Shown: one piece after another, positions 1 to 9,720 of the stretch | Layout of the letters: every line of letters starts with the position of its first letter | How positions within the stretch are numbered: position 1 is the first letter of the stretch | Notes under the pieces: generated by a model | Database searches by the model: none | What the model was told of the DNA's origin: nothing | The model's input: the letters and a program-made list of their open reading frames with translations, nothing else | Made by a program: the position numbers and the translations under genes | Assembly (NCBI GenBank): GCA_041640455.1 | Contig: JBEQAF010000021.1 | Coordinates: 1-28,651, forward strand | Length of the DNA stretch: 28,651 nt | From: a bacterium | GTDB lineage: Bacteria > CALINM01 | Direction: 5' to 3'

Positions 1-308
1 TTGTAAAAAGAATTAACAGCAGATTTTTAAAAGATGTTGAATCAAAGGGCAGTTATCTATTAAAATCTCTATCTTTGCTGGTAGAAAAGTACCCCCTTAA
101 AAATCCGAGGGGGATGGGGCTACTTTTGGGTATTACCACAGAGCACAAAGAGCCATCGGAGATTGTAAAAAAAGCAATGGCAAAGGGAATTCTCATTAAT
201 ATTACTGCAGAAAATACGGTAAGACTTGTGCCGCCTTTAAATGTATCCTATAGAGAGATTGATGATTTTCTTTCCAGGTTTGAAGACACATTAAAAGAGG
301 TATTTTGA
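1..308 (+). CDS. argD: Acetylornithine aminotransferase, C-terminal part (5' truncated by window edge)
   Basis: Frame is open from position 3 to TGA at 306-308. Class-III aminotransferase C-terminal motifs RGMGLLLG and NTVRLVPPL; directly upstream of argF-argG-argH. Confidence 0.85.
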   Translation, partial: VKRINSRFLKDVESKGSYLLKSLSLLVEKYPLKNPRGMGLLLGITTEHKEPSEIVKKAMAKGILINITAENTVRLVPPLNVSYREIDDFLSRFEDTLKEVF

Positions 309-1222
309 TGAAAAGAGATTTTTTAAGATTTTTTGACCTTTCAGCTGAAGAGATTGACCAACTGATTAAGAGAACAGCCCTGATGAAAAAAGAAAGGGGA
401 AAAAATAAAAGAGTCATGCCTCTTAAAGGTAAAACTGCCGCCTTAATATTTGAAAAGTCCTCTACAAGGACAAGGGTATCTTTTCAGGTAGGTATCAGCG
501 AACTTGGCGGTACTTCCATATTTTTAAGTCCACGAGATCTTCAGATGGGGAGAGGAGAGCCCATAAAAGATACGGCAAGGGTTTTGTCAGGATATGTCCA
601 TATGATAATTTACCGTTGTTTCGAGCACTCAAAGCTTGAGGAGCTTGCAAAATATGCAACCTGTCCGGTTATAAACGGACTTTCTGACCTTACTCATCCA
701 GTTCAGGTGCTTTCGGATCTTTTTACTATCTATGAGCATTTTGGTAGCTACAGGGATCTTAACATTGCATGGGTTGGAGACGGCAATAACATGGCAAATG
801 CATGGCTTGAAGCTCATCTTGTTCTTGGATTTAACCTTTCCATGTCCTGTCCAAAAGCATACTTGCCTGACAATACCCTACTGCAGAGGGCGTTGAAAAA
901 CAAAAATTTTATGATTTCTGAAAAGCCAGAAGATGCGGTAAGGTCTGCCCATGTGGTAAATACCGATGTCTGGGTCAGTATGGGAGACGAGGCTGAAGCA
1001 GAGGAAAGAAAAAAAGCATTTAAGGGCTATCAGATTAACAAAAAGCTTTTAAAACACGCAAGAAAGGATACCATTGTTCTTCACTGCCTTCCTGCATATA
1101 GAGGGCAGGAGATAACGGATGAGATAATGGAATCAAAGGACTCTAAAATATTCATCCAGTCTGAAAATAGACTCCATACCCAGAAATCTTTAATGGAGTT
1201 TTTAATAAAACAAAAGGAGTAG
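308..1222 (+). CDS. argF: Ornithine carbamoyltransferase
   Basis: [12 protein letters not shown] carbamoyl-phosphate motif, HPVQ, WVSMG and HCLP motifs. ATG at 308 overlaps the argD stop (TGATG), with GAGG at 297-300. Confidence 0.97.
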   Translation: MKRDFLRFFDLSAEEIDQLIKRTALMKKERGKNKRVMPLKGKTAALIFEKSSTRTRVSFQVGISELGGTSIFLSPRDLQMGRGEPIKDTARVLSGYVHMIIYRCFEHSKLEELAKYATCPVINGLSDLTHPVQVLSDLFTIYEHFGSYRDLNIAWVGDGNNMANAWLEAHLVLGFNLSMSCPKAYLPDNTLLQRALKNKNFMISEKPEDAVRSAHVVNTDVWVSMGDEAEAEERKKAFKGYQINKKLLKHARKDTIVLHCLPAYRGQEITDEIMESKDSKIFIQSENRLHTQKSLMEFLIKQKE

Positions 1223-1224
1223 AT

Positions 1225-2418
1225 ATGGCAAAAAAGATTGTACTTGCATATTCTGGCGGATTGGATACCTCAGTAATACTAAAATGGCTCAAGGAGACCT
1301 ACAAGGCAGAGGTCATAGCTTTTGCAGCAGATCTGGGTCAGGGTGAGGAGCTTGACACGGTTCATGAAAGAGCTTTAAAAACAGGTGCTTCAAAGGTTTA
1401 TATAGAAGATTTAAAAGAGGAGTTTGTCCGAGATTTTGTGTTCCCAATGCTTAGAGGAAACGCCATATATGAAACGGGGTATCTGCTTGGTACCTCCATT
1501 GCAAGACCGCTTATTGCAAAAAAGCAGATAGAGATAGCAAAAAAAGAGAAAGCAGATTACATATCTCACGGAGCAACAGGCAAAGGCAATGATCAGGTGA
1601 GATTTGAGCTGACCGCCTATGCGCTTATGCCAAACATTAAGATAATTGCACCATGGAGAGAATGGGATTTTAAATCGAGGACAGATCTGATAAATTATGC
1701 AAAAAAACATAAAATCCCGGTCCCCGTTACAAAAAGCAAACCTTACAGCAGCGATAGAAATCTTCTGCATATAAGCTATGAAGGGGGGATTCTTGAGGAT
1801 ATATCAAAAGAAGCTCCCGAAGATATTTTTCAGATAACTGTTTCTCCAGAAAAGGCACCAGATAACCCCGAATATCTGGAAATAGAGTTTAAAGCGGGCG
1901 ATCCGGTAGCTATAAACGGAAAAAAGATGAAGCCCCATGTTCTGCTGGATACATTAAACAAACTGGGCGGAAAACACGGCATAGGTAGAGATGATATTGT
2001 TGAAAACAGATTTGTGGGGATGAAATCGAGAGGAGTTTATGAAACGCCTGGTGGAACTATAATTCATAAAGCAAGAAGAGCTCTTGAAGCCATAACTCTT
2101 GACAGAGAGGTTTTAAGGCTAAAAGACACCATTATGCCCAGATATGCTGAACTTATTTATTACGGATTCTGGTTTTCTCCTGAAAGAGAGTTATTGCAGA
2201 AGTTTATTGATGAGGCATCAAAAAATGTAGAAGGTAAAATCAGACTTAAGCTTTACAAAGGCAATCTGATTATAGCTGGCAGGGAGTCTAAGAAAAGCCT
2301 TTATATGGAAAAGATGGCAACCTTTGAGAAAGATGATGTATACAATCAGAAAGATGCAGAAGGCTTTATAAAGCTTAATGCCCTTAGATTGAGAATTAAA
2401 GCCATGATGGGCATATAG
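1225..2418 (+). CDS. argG: Argininosuccinate synthase
   Basis: [23 protein letters not shown] and [11 protein letters not shown] signatures; AAGGAG RBS. Confidence 0.98.
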   Translation: MAKKIVLAYSGGLDTSVILKWLKETYKAEVIAFAADLGQGEELDTVHERALKTGASKVYIEDLKEEFVRDFVFPMLRGNAIYETGYLLGTSIARPLIAKKQIEIAKKEKADYISHGATGKGNDQVRFELTAYALMPNIKIIAPWREWDFKSRTDLINYAKKHKIPVPVTKSKPYSSDRNLLHISYEGGILEDISKEAPEDIFQITVSPEKAPDNPEYLEIEFKAGDPVAINGKKMKPHVLLDTLNKLGGKHGIGRDDIVENRFVGMKSRGVYETPGGTIIHKARRALEAITLDREVLRLKDTIMPRYAELIYYGFWFSPERELLQKFIDEASKNVEGKIRLKLYKGNLIIAGRESKKSLYMEKMATFEKDDVYNQKDAEGFIKLNALRLRIKAMMGI

Positions 2419-2429
2419 TAGAGGTCAAG

Positions 2430-3803
2430 ATGAAAAAGCTCTGGGGCGGAAGATTTTCGGGGACTACAGATCAGCTGGTAGAGGAGTTTACTGAATCCAT
2501 ATCTTTTGACAAAAGACTTTATGAAGAAGATATTGAAGGAAGTATTGCCCATTGCGAAATGCTTGTCTCACAAAAGATAATAAGTCCCGAAGATGGCAAA
2601 AAAATAATTAGAGGGTTAAAGGAGATAAAAAAGGAGATAGAGAAGGGAGTATTTGAATTTAAAAAAGAATATGAAGATATTCATATGTCCATAGAGGCGA
2701 GACTAAAAGAGAAGATAGGTGCAGTAGCGGGAAAACTTCATACAGCAAGAAGTAGAAATGATCAGGTAGCTCTTGATATAAGACTTTATATTCGAAAAAA
2801 AATCAAAGAGCTTTATCTTCTTTTAACCAGACTCCAAAAGTCTTTTATTAGCAAGGCAAAAGAATATATAGATCAGCCAGCACCAGGATATACACATCTT
2901 CAAAGGGCTCAGCCTGTTTTATTATCTCATTATCTGCTTGCCTATGTGGAGATGCTTGAGAGGGATAAAGAAAGGCTTATAGATGGATTTAAACGAGTAG
3001 ACCTGATGCCGCTTGGCTCTGGAGCTCTATCAGGCACCACTTATCCGATAGATAGAGAGTATGTGGCAAAAAAACTTGGATTTGCCGGGGTTACAGGAAA
3101 CAGCATCGATGCAGTTTCAGATAGAGACTTTGCCATTGAGCTTTTATCAGCCCTTGCCATTATAATGATGCACCTTTCTAGATTCTCAGAGGATATTATA
3201 ATCTGGAACTCCTATGAATTTTCATTTGTATTGCTACCTGATGAGTTCTGTACAGGAAGCTCTATAATGCCCCAGAAGAAAAATCCTGATGTGCTTGAGA
3301 TTATCAGAGGCAAAACAGGCCGTGTATATGGAAGTCTGATAGCCCTATTGACCTTGATGAAAGGACTCCCTCTTAGCTATAACAGGGATATGCAGGAAGA
3401 TAAAGAACAGATATTTAATGCTGTTGACACTGTGTGCGCCTCATTGAGAGTGCTTATCCCCCTTGTTTCAAAAATGGAGTTTAACAGAAAAAGGTTATAT
3501 ACCGAAACAGGAAAAGGGTTTATTCTTGCCACAGAGATTGCGGACTATCTGGCAAAAAAAGGTCTACCCTTTAGAGATGCCCATGAGATTACTGGAAAGA
3601 TTGTAGCCTATTGTGAAGACAAAAAAAAGGAGCTAAAGGATTTGAGTCTGAAAGAGTTTAAAAATTTTTCATCCCTATTTGAAAAAGACATCTATAATGC
3701 CATAGACCTTAATGAAGCCATAAACAAAAGAGATGTTAAAGGAGCAACAGGTATTAATCAGGTAAAAAAAGCTCTATCTGAATGGGAGAATAAGCTTGAT
3801 TAG
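2430..3803 (+). CDS. argH: Argininosuccinate lyase
   Basis: KLWGGRF N-terminus, HTARSRNDQ and GSSIMPQKKNPD lyase signature. Confidence 0.98.
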   Translation: MKKLWGGRFSGTTDQLVEEFTESISFDKRLYEEDIEGSIAHCEMLVSQKIISPEDGKKIIRGLKEIKKEIEKGVFEFKKEYEDIHMSIEARLKEKIGAVAGKLHTARSRNDQVALDIRLYIRKKIKELYLLLTRLQKSFISKAKEYIDQPAPGYTHLQRAQPVLLSHYLLAYVEMLERDKERLIDGFKRVDLMPLGSGALSGTTYPIDREYVAKKLGFAGVTGNSIDAVSDRDFAIELLSALAIIMMHLSRFSEDIIIWNSYEFSFVLLPDEFCTGSSIMPQKKNPDVLEIIRGKTGRVYGSLIALLTLMKGLPLSYNRDMQEDKEQIFNAVDTVCASLRVLIPLVSKMEFNRKRLYTETGKGFILATEIADYLAKKGLPFRDAHEITGKIVAYCEDKKKELKDLSLKEFKNFSSLFEKDIYNAIDLNEAINKRDVKGATGINQVKKALSEWENKLD

Positions 3804-3921
3804 AAAGTTAGCTACCCTCTTAGTTTTAATTGCTATTATATTTAGCTCCTGCGGCAGAAAGGCAGCTCTTAAACCACCAGAAGATGTTGGAAAAAGAACT
3901 ACCTTTAAAAAAATAAGCTAA
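3796..3921 (+). CDS. Small lipoprotein, LptM/YifL-like (41 aa; below the ORF-track cutoff)
   Basis: Manual translation from TTG at 3796 (GGGAGA RBS at 3784-3789): MIRKLATLLVLIAIIFSSCGRKAALKPPEDVGKRTTFKKIS. It has a basic N-region, hydrophobic core, lipobox FSSC and a CG(R/K)K..L.PP motif, and overlaps the argH stop. Confidence 0.7.
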   Translation: MIRKLATLLVLIAIIFSSCGRKAALKPPEDVGKRTTFKKIS

Positions 3922-3986
3922 ACATTATAACTTTCTTTTTTGCCCTTTTGCTTAAGAATTTTTAAATAAAGAAAGCTAAGGATTTT

Positions 3987-4601
3987 TTACTTGGAACAAA
4001 TGACCCCTTTTAAGACATGTGCTGCTCCTCGGAAAAAATCCTCCTTAGTTGCTTCTAATACATTATCTGCAAAAGAACATACCCAGAGCTTCATATGTTC
4101 ACTGAGGAAGCTACTTCTTATTTCAAAAAGTTTTGAGGCCTCTTCTCGTTGCTCACTTTCAAAAAGTTCAATGATCCTTTGAGTTAGGTAGAAAATAAAC
4201 TCAATCTCGATGCCTACGTGATCATCTGGAATACGGCAAAGATCTCTAACTACCATGCCTGCTTCAAGATATTTTTTTCTCACATTTATGGTCTCTTCAG
4301 TCATTAATGTTTTTGATTCAGAAAGATAGAAAGATGCATAGGGGACTGCTGCAGGCCGTTGAGGTCCTAAAAAAAGCCGCGCATACTCTGTTGCAAGCTC
4401 TTCTTCCCAATTTTCAATTCTGTTTTTGTTTTTTTTTGCTGACTCAGCCATTAGCATAAGTCCATATTTCACCTCATCTTGATTATCGTCAGATATATTA
4501 ATTTTTGCAAGCTCACTTAGAAGTTCACCATTTGGCTCTTTTAAAAAAAGCTGCCTTAGCAAGTTATATAGATAAATCTCCTCTTTAAGCTCATCGATCA
4601 T
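3987..4601 (-). CDS. anrD: TorD/DmsD-family maturation chaperone of the Anr-like enzyme
   Basis: YARLFLGP, PYASFY and PDDHVGIEIEF TorD-family motifs; last gene of the X-S-R-B-A-D cluster. Confidence 0.85.
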   Translation of the reverse strand: MIDELKEEIYLYNLLRQLFLKEPNGELLSELAKINISDDNQDEVKYGLMLMAESAKKNKNRIENWEEELATEYARLFLGPQRPAAVPYASFYLSESKTLMTEETINVRKKYLEAGMVVRDLCRIPDDHVGIEIEFIFYLTQRIIELFESEQREEASKLFEIRSSFLSEHMKLWVCSFADNVLEATKEDFFRGAAHVLKGVICSK

Positions 4602-4634
4602 AATTAGCTATCTCCCTAAATGTGTTATAAAAGT

Positions 4635-4657
4635 AAAAGGGGGGATTAGTGCCCCCC
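4635..4657 (-). terminator. Intrinsic terminator-like hairpin between the catalytic gene and its chaperone gene
   Basis: Minus strand reads GGGGGG-CACTAAT-CCCCCC then TTTTACTTTT, starting just after the 4664 stop codon. Confidence 0.65.
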
Positions 4658-4663
4658 ACTATT

Positions 4664-7510
4664 TTAAATCTTTTTCACTCTAACAAGCATATCAGCGTAA
4701 GCAGGAAATCCCATAATTGGGCTTATACAATCTGGGTCTACAAGATCGTTGTGACTGGGAGTGTAGTCCTTTGTTTTATAGGCAGGACCGAGACCAGGGC
4801 TAAACCTTCCACCTGTTGCAAAGCCAATTTTAATTACCCCTGGTCTAATACCACCGGATGCAAATACTTTACCTTTTGTGGATCTGCCAAGAGGGTTCTC
4901 TACTACCACCAGATCTCCATTTTTAATGCCAAGTCTCTTTGCATCATCTATGTTCATCCAAACTGTACCGACCGAATAGGAATTAGCTTTAAACTTCATC
5001 TTAACAGTTTTCATGGGCTCATTACCTGATGGCACTGCCTCTGTTACTTCTGCCTCAAACTCTTTGTTCATGGGCTGCCATATACCTTCCGCTTTAATCT
5101 CACCTAGCCAAGGAATCATCTGAGTTCCGCTCATGGCATGATGGACTCGCCCGCAGATTAGCTGGAATGGATAATCTTTTAAATATTTTTTATACTCAGG
5201 ATTGGTATAGGGATTCCATTTGGTCTCAAACCAGTAGAAGGTTTCTGGAAATTTTGAAAATCCGATCTCTTTGAGCCCTTTCGGCACCTCTCCTCCTGCC
5301 TTTTCTATCTTTTCATTGTGTCGGCTATAGCCTCCATAGCGTTTTCCCCCTTCTACCCAGTCAAACTTAAACTCTATTAGCTTTGATGAGGTGCCAGGAA
5401 ACACTTTGTTGGGCTCATCTGAATTGTGTTTTTTAAACCTATACCAGCTCATTGGCCAGATAGCTACACCATTATTTTTTCTAAGCCACTCTACCGTCAC
5501 AGGCTTGCCTTTCACTATCTTTTTTTCATGGTCAATAGTTACTTCACCTTTATCAAGTGACTCAGGCGTGCCAATAAGTCTATAACCCTCTGGATACTGA
5601 GGATAAGGTAAAGGTGTGCCTACATTAGCCCTTCCTGGAGCCACTTCAAGCATCTCGTTAACAAAATCTTCTTCTGTTTTATATTTCTCCCAGAAGTCAG
5701 ATCCTTTTATGTCTGGATCGCCCAACTCGTGAAGTTTTTTTGCCAGCATGTTCATTATCTCAGTTGGATTTTTAGACTCATGTAGGGGTTTAATAACAGC
5801 ATCTCTGTTATAGATAACTGGATGGGAGGGATAAATATCGCTTAAACTCTGTCTTTCAGCAAAGCTTGCCTCTGGTAGTATCACATCAGCATAAAGAGCA
5901 CTTTCTAGATATAGACTATCAATAAAGACAAACAGTTCGAGTTTGTAATTACCGTTTTTGTCCTTCGCAGTCAGGGCATCTATCCATTTCCATGGAGCAG
6001 ATCCAGTTACAACGGTATTTCCTGTCCTTAATATGTAAGCCTTTATAAAATAATAGTAGCCTCTAAAGGATCCGTATCTGATATCAACACCTTCTTTAAT
6101 TGCATTTGGATAATCAGCCACCGCATCGTCCCATGCTGCTGGATATTTGCTACCGTAGAGATCCATATGGAGATGCTCAACCTCTCCTTCAACCTCCTTA
6201 CCGTTAATTATCCTCTTAACCTTTCTTTTCTTAAACTGCCTTCCCGTTGCGTTACCACCCTTGCTACATTTTACAATCTCTGTATCTATAATTCCTCCTG
6301 GAGCCTCAAAGTTGCCAGTAATAACATTAAGAGCGACACCAAGTATTGACGCACAGTAGCCGTTGTAATGATGGCCTGGTGACTGCATGCCCCATACTAA
6401 AGCTGCAGGCTTTGTAATACCAAAAAGATGAGATAGCTCTGCTATCTGTTCTTTTGTAAGACCGGTTCTATCTGCAGCCCACTCAAGGCTAAAATAGCTC
6501 AATCCATTGATAGGATCTTTCTTACCCCACCAGGTTCTAAACGCTGCTTCAAACTCATCCCAGCCAACTGAGTATTTCTTAAAGCTCCAGTCAATGTATC
6601 TTCTGTTTGGATCACTCTGATTGTCGTTTTCAAGAATATATCTTAACATGGCTCCGAAAAGATCACCGTCTGTACCTGCCTTCGGAGCTAACCAGATATC
6701 TGCAGCTGTAGCAGTATTTGAATAGGATGGGTCTATAACAACAACTTTGCAGTCGTTTTCAACCTTAGCTCCTACTGTACCCCGGTTCTCATAATAGATT
6801 CGTGTGGCCACAAAGGGGTTCCAGCCGTTGTATATAATTAGCTTTGTCCTGTAAGTATAGTCTTTTTTTAAGGATCCATCTGGCTGTCTTACTAAAACAG
6901 GCCTCATAATATCGGGCTCCCATCTTTTTCCATCAACCATGAGTTTAGGACCATGTCTTCTTGGGGTATCACAGATGGAGCCATGCTCGGTACAGTTAGG
7001 ACTTCCGAACGCAAAAAACAACCTCCAGTACTGATCTCTATCTGTAACATCTCCACAGTCCATTATAACAGACTCGGCGCCATATTTCTTTTTGATCTCT
7101 ATAAGCTTTCTGCCTATATAATCGATAGCCTCTTCCCACGTTACTCTCTTAAACTTGCCTGAGCCCCTTTCTCCAACTCTAATCATAGGGTATTTTAACC
7201 TATAGGGAGAGTATACCAGTTGTTGAGCTGCAACCCCTTTGGCACAGGCTGTCCCATCGTTCATGGGAACTGCCTTGTTTCCATAAATTTTTGCAATCTT
7301 TCCGTCCTTAACCCATATTTCCAGTCCACATTCTGCTGGACACATCGCATCGGCTGTATACTTAATCTCATATTTTCCCATACTTGTCTGCATTGCTTCT
7401 GCTTCTTTTGGCGATAGGTGTCTTAAAGATATTAGACCTGTATTGTTAAGCACTGTTAGGCCGCTTAGGGCGCCTGCATATTTTAAAAATACCCTTCTTG
7501 ATATCTGCAT
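4664..7510 (-). CDS. anrA: Tat-exported DMSO-reductase-family molybdoenzyme catalytic subunit, putative respiratory antimonate reductase
   Basis: Twin-arginine signal SRRVFLK; FS0 motif D54-X2-C-X3-C-X27-C; RLKYPMIRVGERG; likely Mo ligand in HGSIC180; ADVILP; C-terminal MGD-binding domain. Lacks ArrA RGRY and ArxA GRGWG. Gene order X-S-R-B-A-D matches my recollection of anrXSRBAD in Geobacter sp. SVR. Family is certain, substrate is inferred. Confidence 0.7.
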   Translation of the reverse strand: MQISRRVFLKYAGALSGLTVLNNTGLISLRHLSPKEAEAMQTSMGKYEIKYTADAMCPAECGLEIWVKDGKIAKIYGNKAVPMNDGTACAKGVAAQQLVYSPYRLKYPMIRVGERGSGKFKRVTWEEAIDYIGRKLIEIKKKYGAESVIMDCGDVTDRDQYWRLFFAFGSPNCTEHGSICDTPRRHGPKLMVDGKRWEPDIMRPVLVRQPDGSLKKDYTYRTKLIIYNGWNPFVATRIYYENRGTVGAKVENDCKVVVIDPSYSNTATAADIWLAPKAGTDGDLFGAMLRYILENDNQSDPNRRYIDWSFKKYSVGWDEFEAAFRTWWGKKDPINGLSYFSLEWAADRTGLTKEQIAELSHLFGITKPAALVWGMQSPGHHYNGYCASILGVALNVITGNFEAPGGIIDTEIVKCSKGGNATGRQFKKRKVKRIINGKEVEGEVEHLHMDLYGSKYPAAWDDAVADYPNAIKEGVDIRYGSFRGYYYFIKAYILRTGNTVVTGSAPWKWIDALTAKDKNGNYKLELFVFIDSLYLESALYADVILPEASFAERQSLSDIYPSHPVIYNRDAVIKPLHESKNPTEIMNMLAKKLHELGDPDIKGSDFWEKYKTEEDFVNEMLEVAPGRANVGTPLPYPQYPEGYRLIGTPESLDKGEVTIDHEKKIVKGKPVTVEWLRKNNGVAIWPMSWYRFKKHNSDEPNKVFPGTSSKLIEFKFDWVEGGKRYGGYSRHNEKIEKAGGEVPKGLKEIGFSKFPETFYWFETKWNPYTNPEYKKYLKDYPFQLICGRVHHAMSGTQMIPWLGEIKAEGIWQPMNKEFEAEVTEAVPSGNEPMKTVKMKFKANSYSVGTVWMNIDDAKRLGIKNGDLVVVENPLGRSTKGKVFASGGIRPGVIKIGFATGGRFSPGLGPAYKTKDYTPSHNDLVDPDCISPIMGFPAYADMLVRVKKI

Positions 7511-7521
7511 AATCTCACCTC

Positions 7522-8187
7522 CTATTTATTTATAAGTCCATCGGCGGCTTTGAAAACCTGCTCATCTGGTGCAATAAATATGGTTATAGGTTTGGTGCCA
7601 TACTCAGGATGCCACTCGCTAGTTTTAATAGATGCTTTTATTTTTGAGACATAGCTATCTGGATCATTGAGATCGCCAAAATATCTGGCCTTTCCTACAC
7701 AGTTTCTTACACAGGCAGGCTCTTCGATTCCTTGATCAATAAGGTGACTGCAGTAATCACATTTATCTACCACACTTAGATCCTTTGCTTTTTTCCCTCT
7801 AACTTCAGGTACATCTTTAGCATATTTGGCTGGATCATTTTTTACAGGGATATAGGGATGTCTGAATCGCGCTCCATAAGGACAAGCAGATATACATCTT
7901 CCACACCCAATGCAAAGATCTTTGTTTACCATTACGATGCCATCTTCTCTTTTGTAGGTTGCACCTTTAACTGGGCAGGGCGAGATACAAGGTGCATCAT
8001 CACACTGATTGCAGATTTTTGGAAAGAAGTATCGTTTTGGCTTGGGATAATCACCTGCGTCTGCAATGTCTACCTTTGACCGAAAAAGACCAAAAGGGGT
8101 TGAGTTCTCCATTTTACAGGTTACCTGACAGGACGTGCAGCCTACGCATTTTCTTAAGTCAACAATCAAAGCGTACTTTTTTGACAT
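7522..8187 (-). CDS. anrB: Four-[4Fe-4S] electron-transfer subunit (DmsB/PsrB/ArrB family)
   Basis: Four Cys groups: CVGCTSCQVTC, CNQCDDAPCISPCP, CIGCGRCISACP, CDYC...PACVRNC. No signal peptide; AAGGAGG RBS. Confidence 0.85.
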   Translation of the reverse strand: MSKKYALIVDLRKCVGCTSCQVTCKMENSTPFGLFRSKVDIADAGDYPKPKRYFFPKICNQCDDAPCISPCPVKGATYKREDGIVMVNKDLCIGCGRCISACPYGARFRHPYIPVKNDPAKYAKDVPEVRGKKAKDLSVVDKCDYCSHLIDQGIEEPACVRNCVGKARYFGDLNDPDSYVSKIKASIKTSEWHPEYGTKPITIFIAPDEQVFKAADGLINK

Positions 8188-8228
8188 ATAAACGCCTCCT
8201 TTTTAAGGAAAAATTATAAATATCAAAC

Positions 8229-8244
8229 TGCAATCATTGTGCCA
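8229..8244 (-). promoter_or_regulatory. Sigma54 (-24/-12) promoter for anrBAD
   Basis: Minus strand TGGCAC-AATGA-TTGCA, an exact consensus match, about 40 nt upstream of the anrB ATG and next to a GAFTGA activator gene. Confidence 0.9.
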
Positions 8245-8248
8245 GCAA

Positions 8249-8261
8249 TAGATTATTGATA
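8249..8261 (-). promoter_or_regulatory. IHF-like site upstream of the anr sigma54 promoter
   Basis: TATCAA-TAAT-CTA against the WATCAA-N4-TTR consensus (one mismatch); same offset from the -24 box as the site in the arr promoter. Confidence 0.5.
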
Positions 8262-8287
8262 AATTAAAGATTTTTATTATTAAAATC

Positions 8288-8323
8288 TGTTCAGAAAGAG
8301 AGCAGATGTTCAAATTTTAAACA
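8288..8323. promoter_or_regulatory. Tandem imperfect palindromes, likely AnrR upstream activator sequences
   Basis: TGTTCAGAAAGAGAGCA (8288-8304) and TGTTCAAATTTTAAACA (8307-8323): two 17-bp TGT-N11-RCA sites just upstream of the sigma54 promoter. Confidence 0.55.
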
Positions 8324-8340
8324 GGAAAAAAGAGAGGTGT

Positions 8341-9720
8341 TTACTCTTCCAGTTTTTTTCTTAACGTATTTCTTGAAATACCCAAAAGCTTTGCAGCTTG
8401 AACCTGGTTGCCTTTTGTAAGTTCTAAAGCCCTTTTTACCATTCTCTTTTCTATTAAACTTAAAATATCCTGAAACTTATCATGACATCCATCTCTAAAT
8501 GCCAGATTGACAAGGTTTTCTATCGCGTCATCTAAAGATTTATAGTTACCAGTTTTTTTCAGATCTGGGTAGCTCAATGAATCAATAGAAATATAGTCGT
8601 TATTACAAAATACAATGGCCTTTTGAATTATGTTTTCCAGTTCTCTTACATTACCAGGCCAGGAGTATTCTGTAAGTTTTTTCATAGACTCAGCAGTGAT
8701 ACCTTTGATTGTTTTGCCAAGTTTTTTGTTATATTTTTGGATAAAGTAGTGAACAAGCTCTTTAATGTCCTCTTTTCTGTCTCGGAGGGGAGGCACGTTA
8801 ATAGTAACCACGTTTATTCGATAATAAAGGTCTTCCCTGAAGGTGTGATTTTTTACCATCTCTTCAATGTTTTTATTGGTTGCGGCAATAATTCTAACGT
8901 CAGTTACAACCATCTCAGTTCCGCCTAATCTCTGAAAACGACCATCCTGTAAAACCCTTAAAACCTTTGCCTGTAGCGGCAGACTCATATCAGCAATCTC
9001 ATCTAAAAAAAGAGTCCCCCCATTGCATTGTTCGAACTTACCAATACGCCTGAAGTCTGCCCCTGTAAATGCACCTTTTTCATATCCAAATAGCTCACTT
9101 TCTAAAAGCTGCTCTGGAATTGCTGCACAGTTTATAGCGAGGAATGGTTTTTGGGATCTGTTACTGTAATGATAAATAGCCCTTGCAATTAACTCTTTTC
9201 CGGTTCCGCTTTCACCTTTAATAAGGACTGGTACATATGTTGAGGCTACCTTGCCGATCTGCTTATATATTTCAAGCATGAGAGGGCTTCTACCAATGAT
9301 TCTTTCTCCTTCCTTATAATTATCAGTGGTATCAAAGGTGACAACCTCTGACATTAACTCCTTAGTTTTTATAGCATCCGCTATGCGCATCAATAACTCG
9401 TAATTATCAAAGGGTTTAGTAAGGTAATCGTAAGCTCCAAGCTTTATTGCTTCTATGGCTTTTTCAGTGGTGCTATATGCGGTCATCATAATAACCTGAA
9501 TTTTTGGATAGGATGCCTTTATCGTTTTTAGGACCTCAAGTCCATCCATTTCTGGCATCCTAACATCCATAATAACTAAATCAGGTCTGAATCTATCTAA
9601 AATAGAAAGTGCCTCCTTTCCGCTTGTAGCGGTCTCAACCTTATATCCCTCTGATTGAAGAAATCTTTGAAGGGAGTAACAGACTATTCTTTGATCATCT
9701 ACAACTAGGATCTTACTCAT
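8341..9720 (-). CDS. anrR: Sigma54-dependent NtrC-family response regulator
   Basis: Receiver domain (VVDD, DVRMP), Walker A GESGTGKE, GAFTGA, WPGNVREL and Fis-type HTH AAKLLGISRNTL. Confidence 0.88.
   Translation of the reverse strand: MSKILVVDDQRIVCYSLQRFLQSEGYKVETATSGKEALSILDRFRPDLVIMDVRMPEMDGLEVLKTIKASYPKIQVIMMTAYSTTEKAIEAIKLGAYDYLTKPFDNYELLMRIADAIKTKELMSEVVTFDTTDNYKEGERIIGRSPLMLEIYKQIGKVASTYVPVLIKGESGTGKELIARAIYHYSNRSQKPFLAINCAAIPEQLLESELFGYEKGAFTGADFRRIGKFEQCNGGTLFLDEIADMSLPLQAKVLRVLQDGRFQRLGGTEMVVTDVRIIAATNKNIEEMVKNHTFREDLYYRINVVTINVPPLRDRKEDIKELVHYFIQKYNKKLGKTIKGITAESMKKLTEYSWPGNVRELENIIQKAIVFCNNDYISIDSLSYPDLKKTGNYKSLDDAIENLVNLAFRDGCHDKFQDILSLIEKRMVKRALELTKGNQVQAAKLLGISRNTLRKKLEE

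Noticed and set aside
3931..3975. Possible terminator between the convergent lipoprotein gene and anrD (CTTTCTTT...AAAGAAAG)
   Set aside because: Only an AT-rich 8-bp stem with a very long loop; too weak to call.
4664..7510. Calling the 948-aa enzyme ArxA (anaerobic arsenite oxidase) or a second ArrA
   Set aside because: It lacks the ArxA GRGWG and ArrA RGRY motifs and the CQGC-type FS0 motif, and the B-A-D order without a C gene differs from arx operons.
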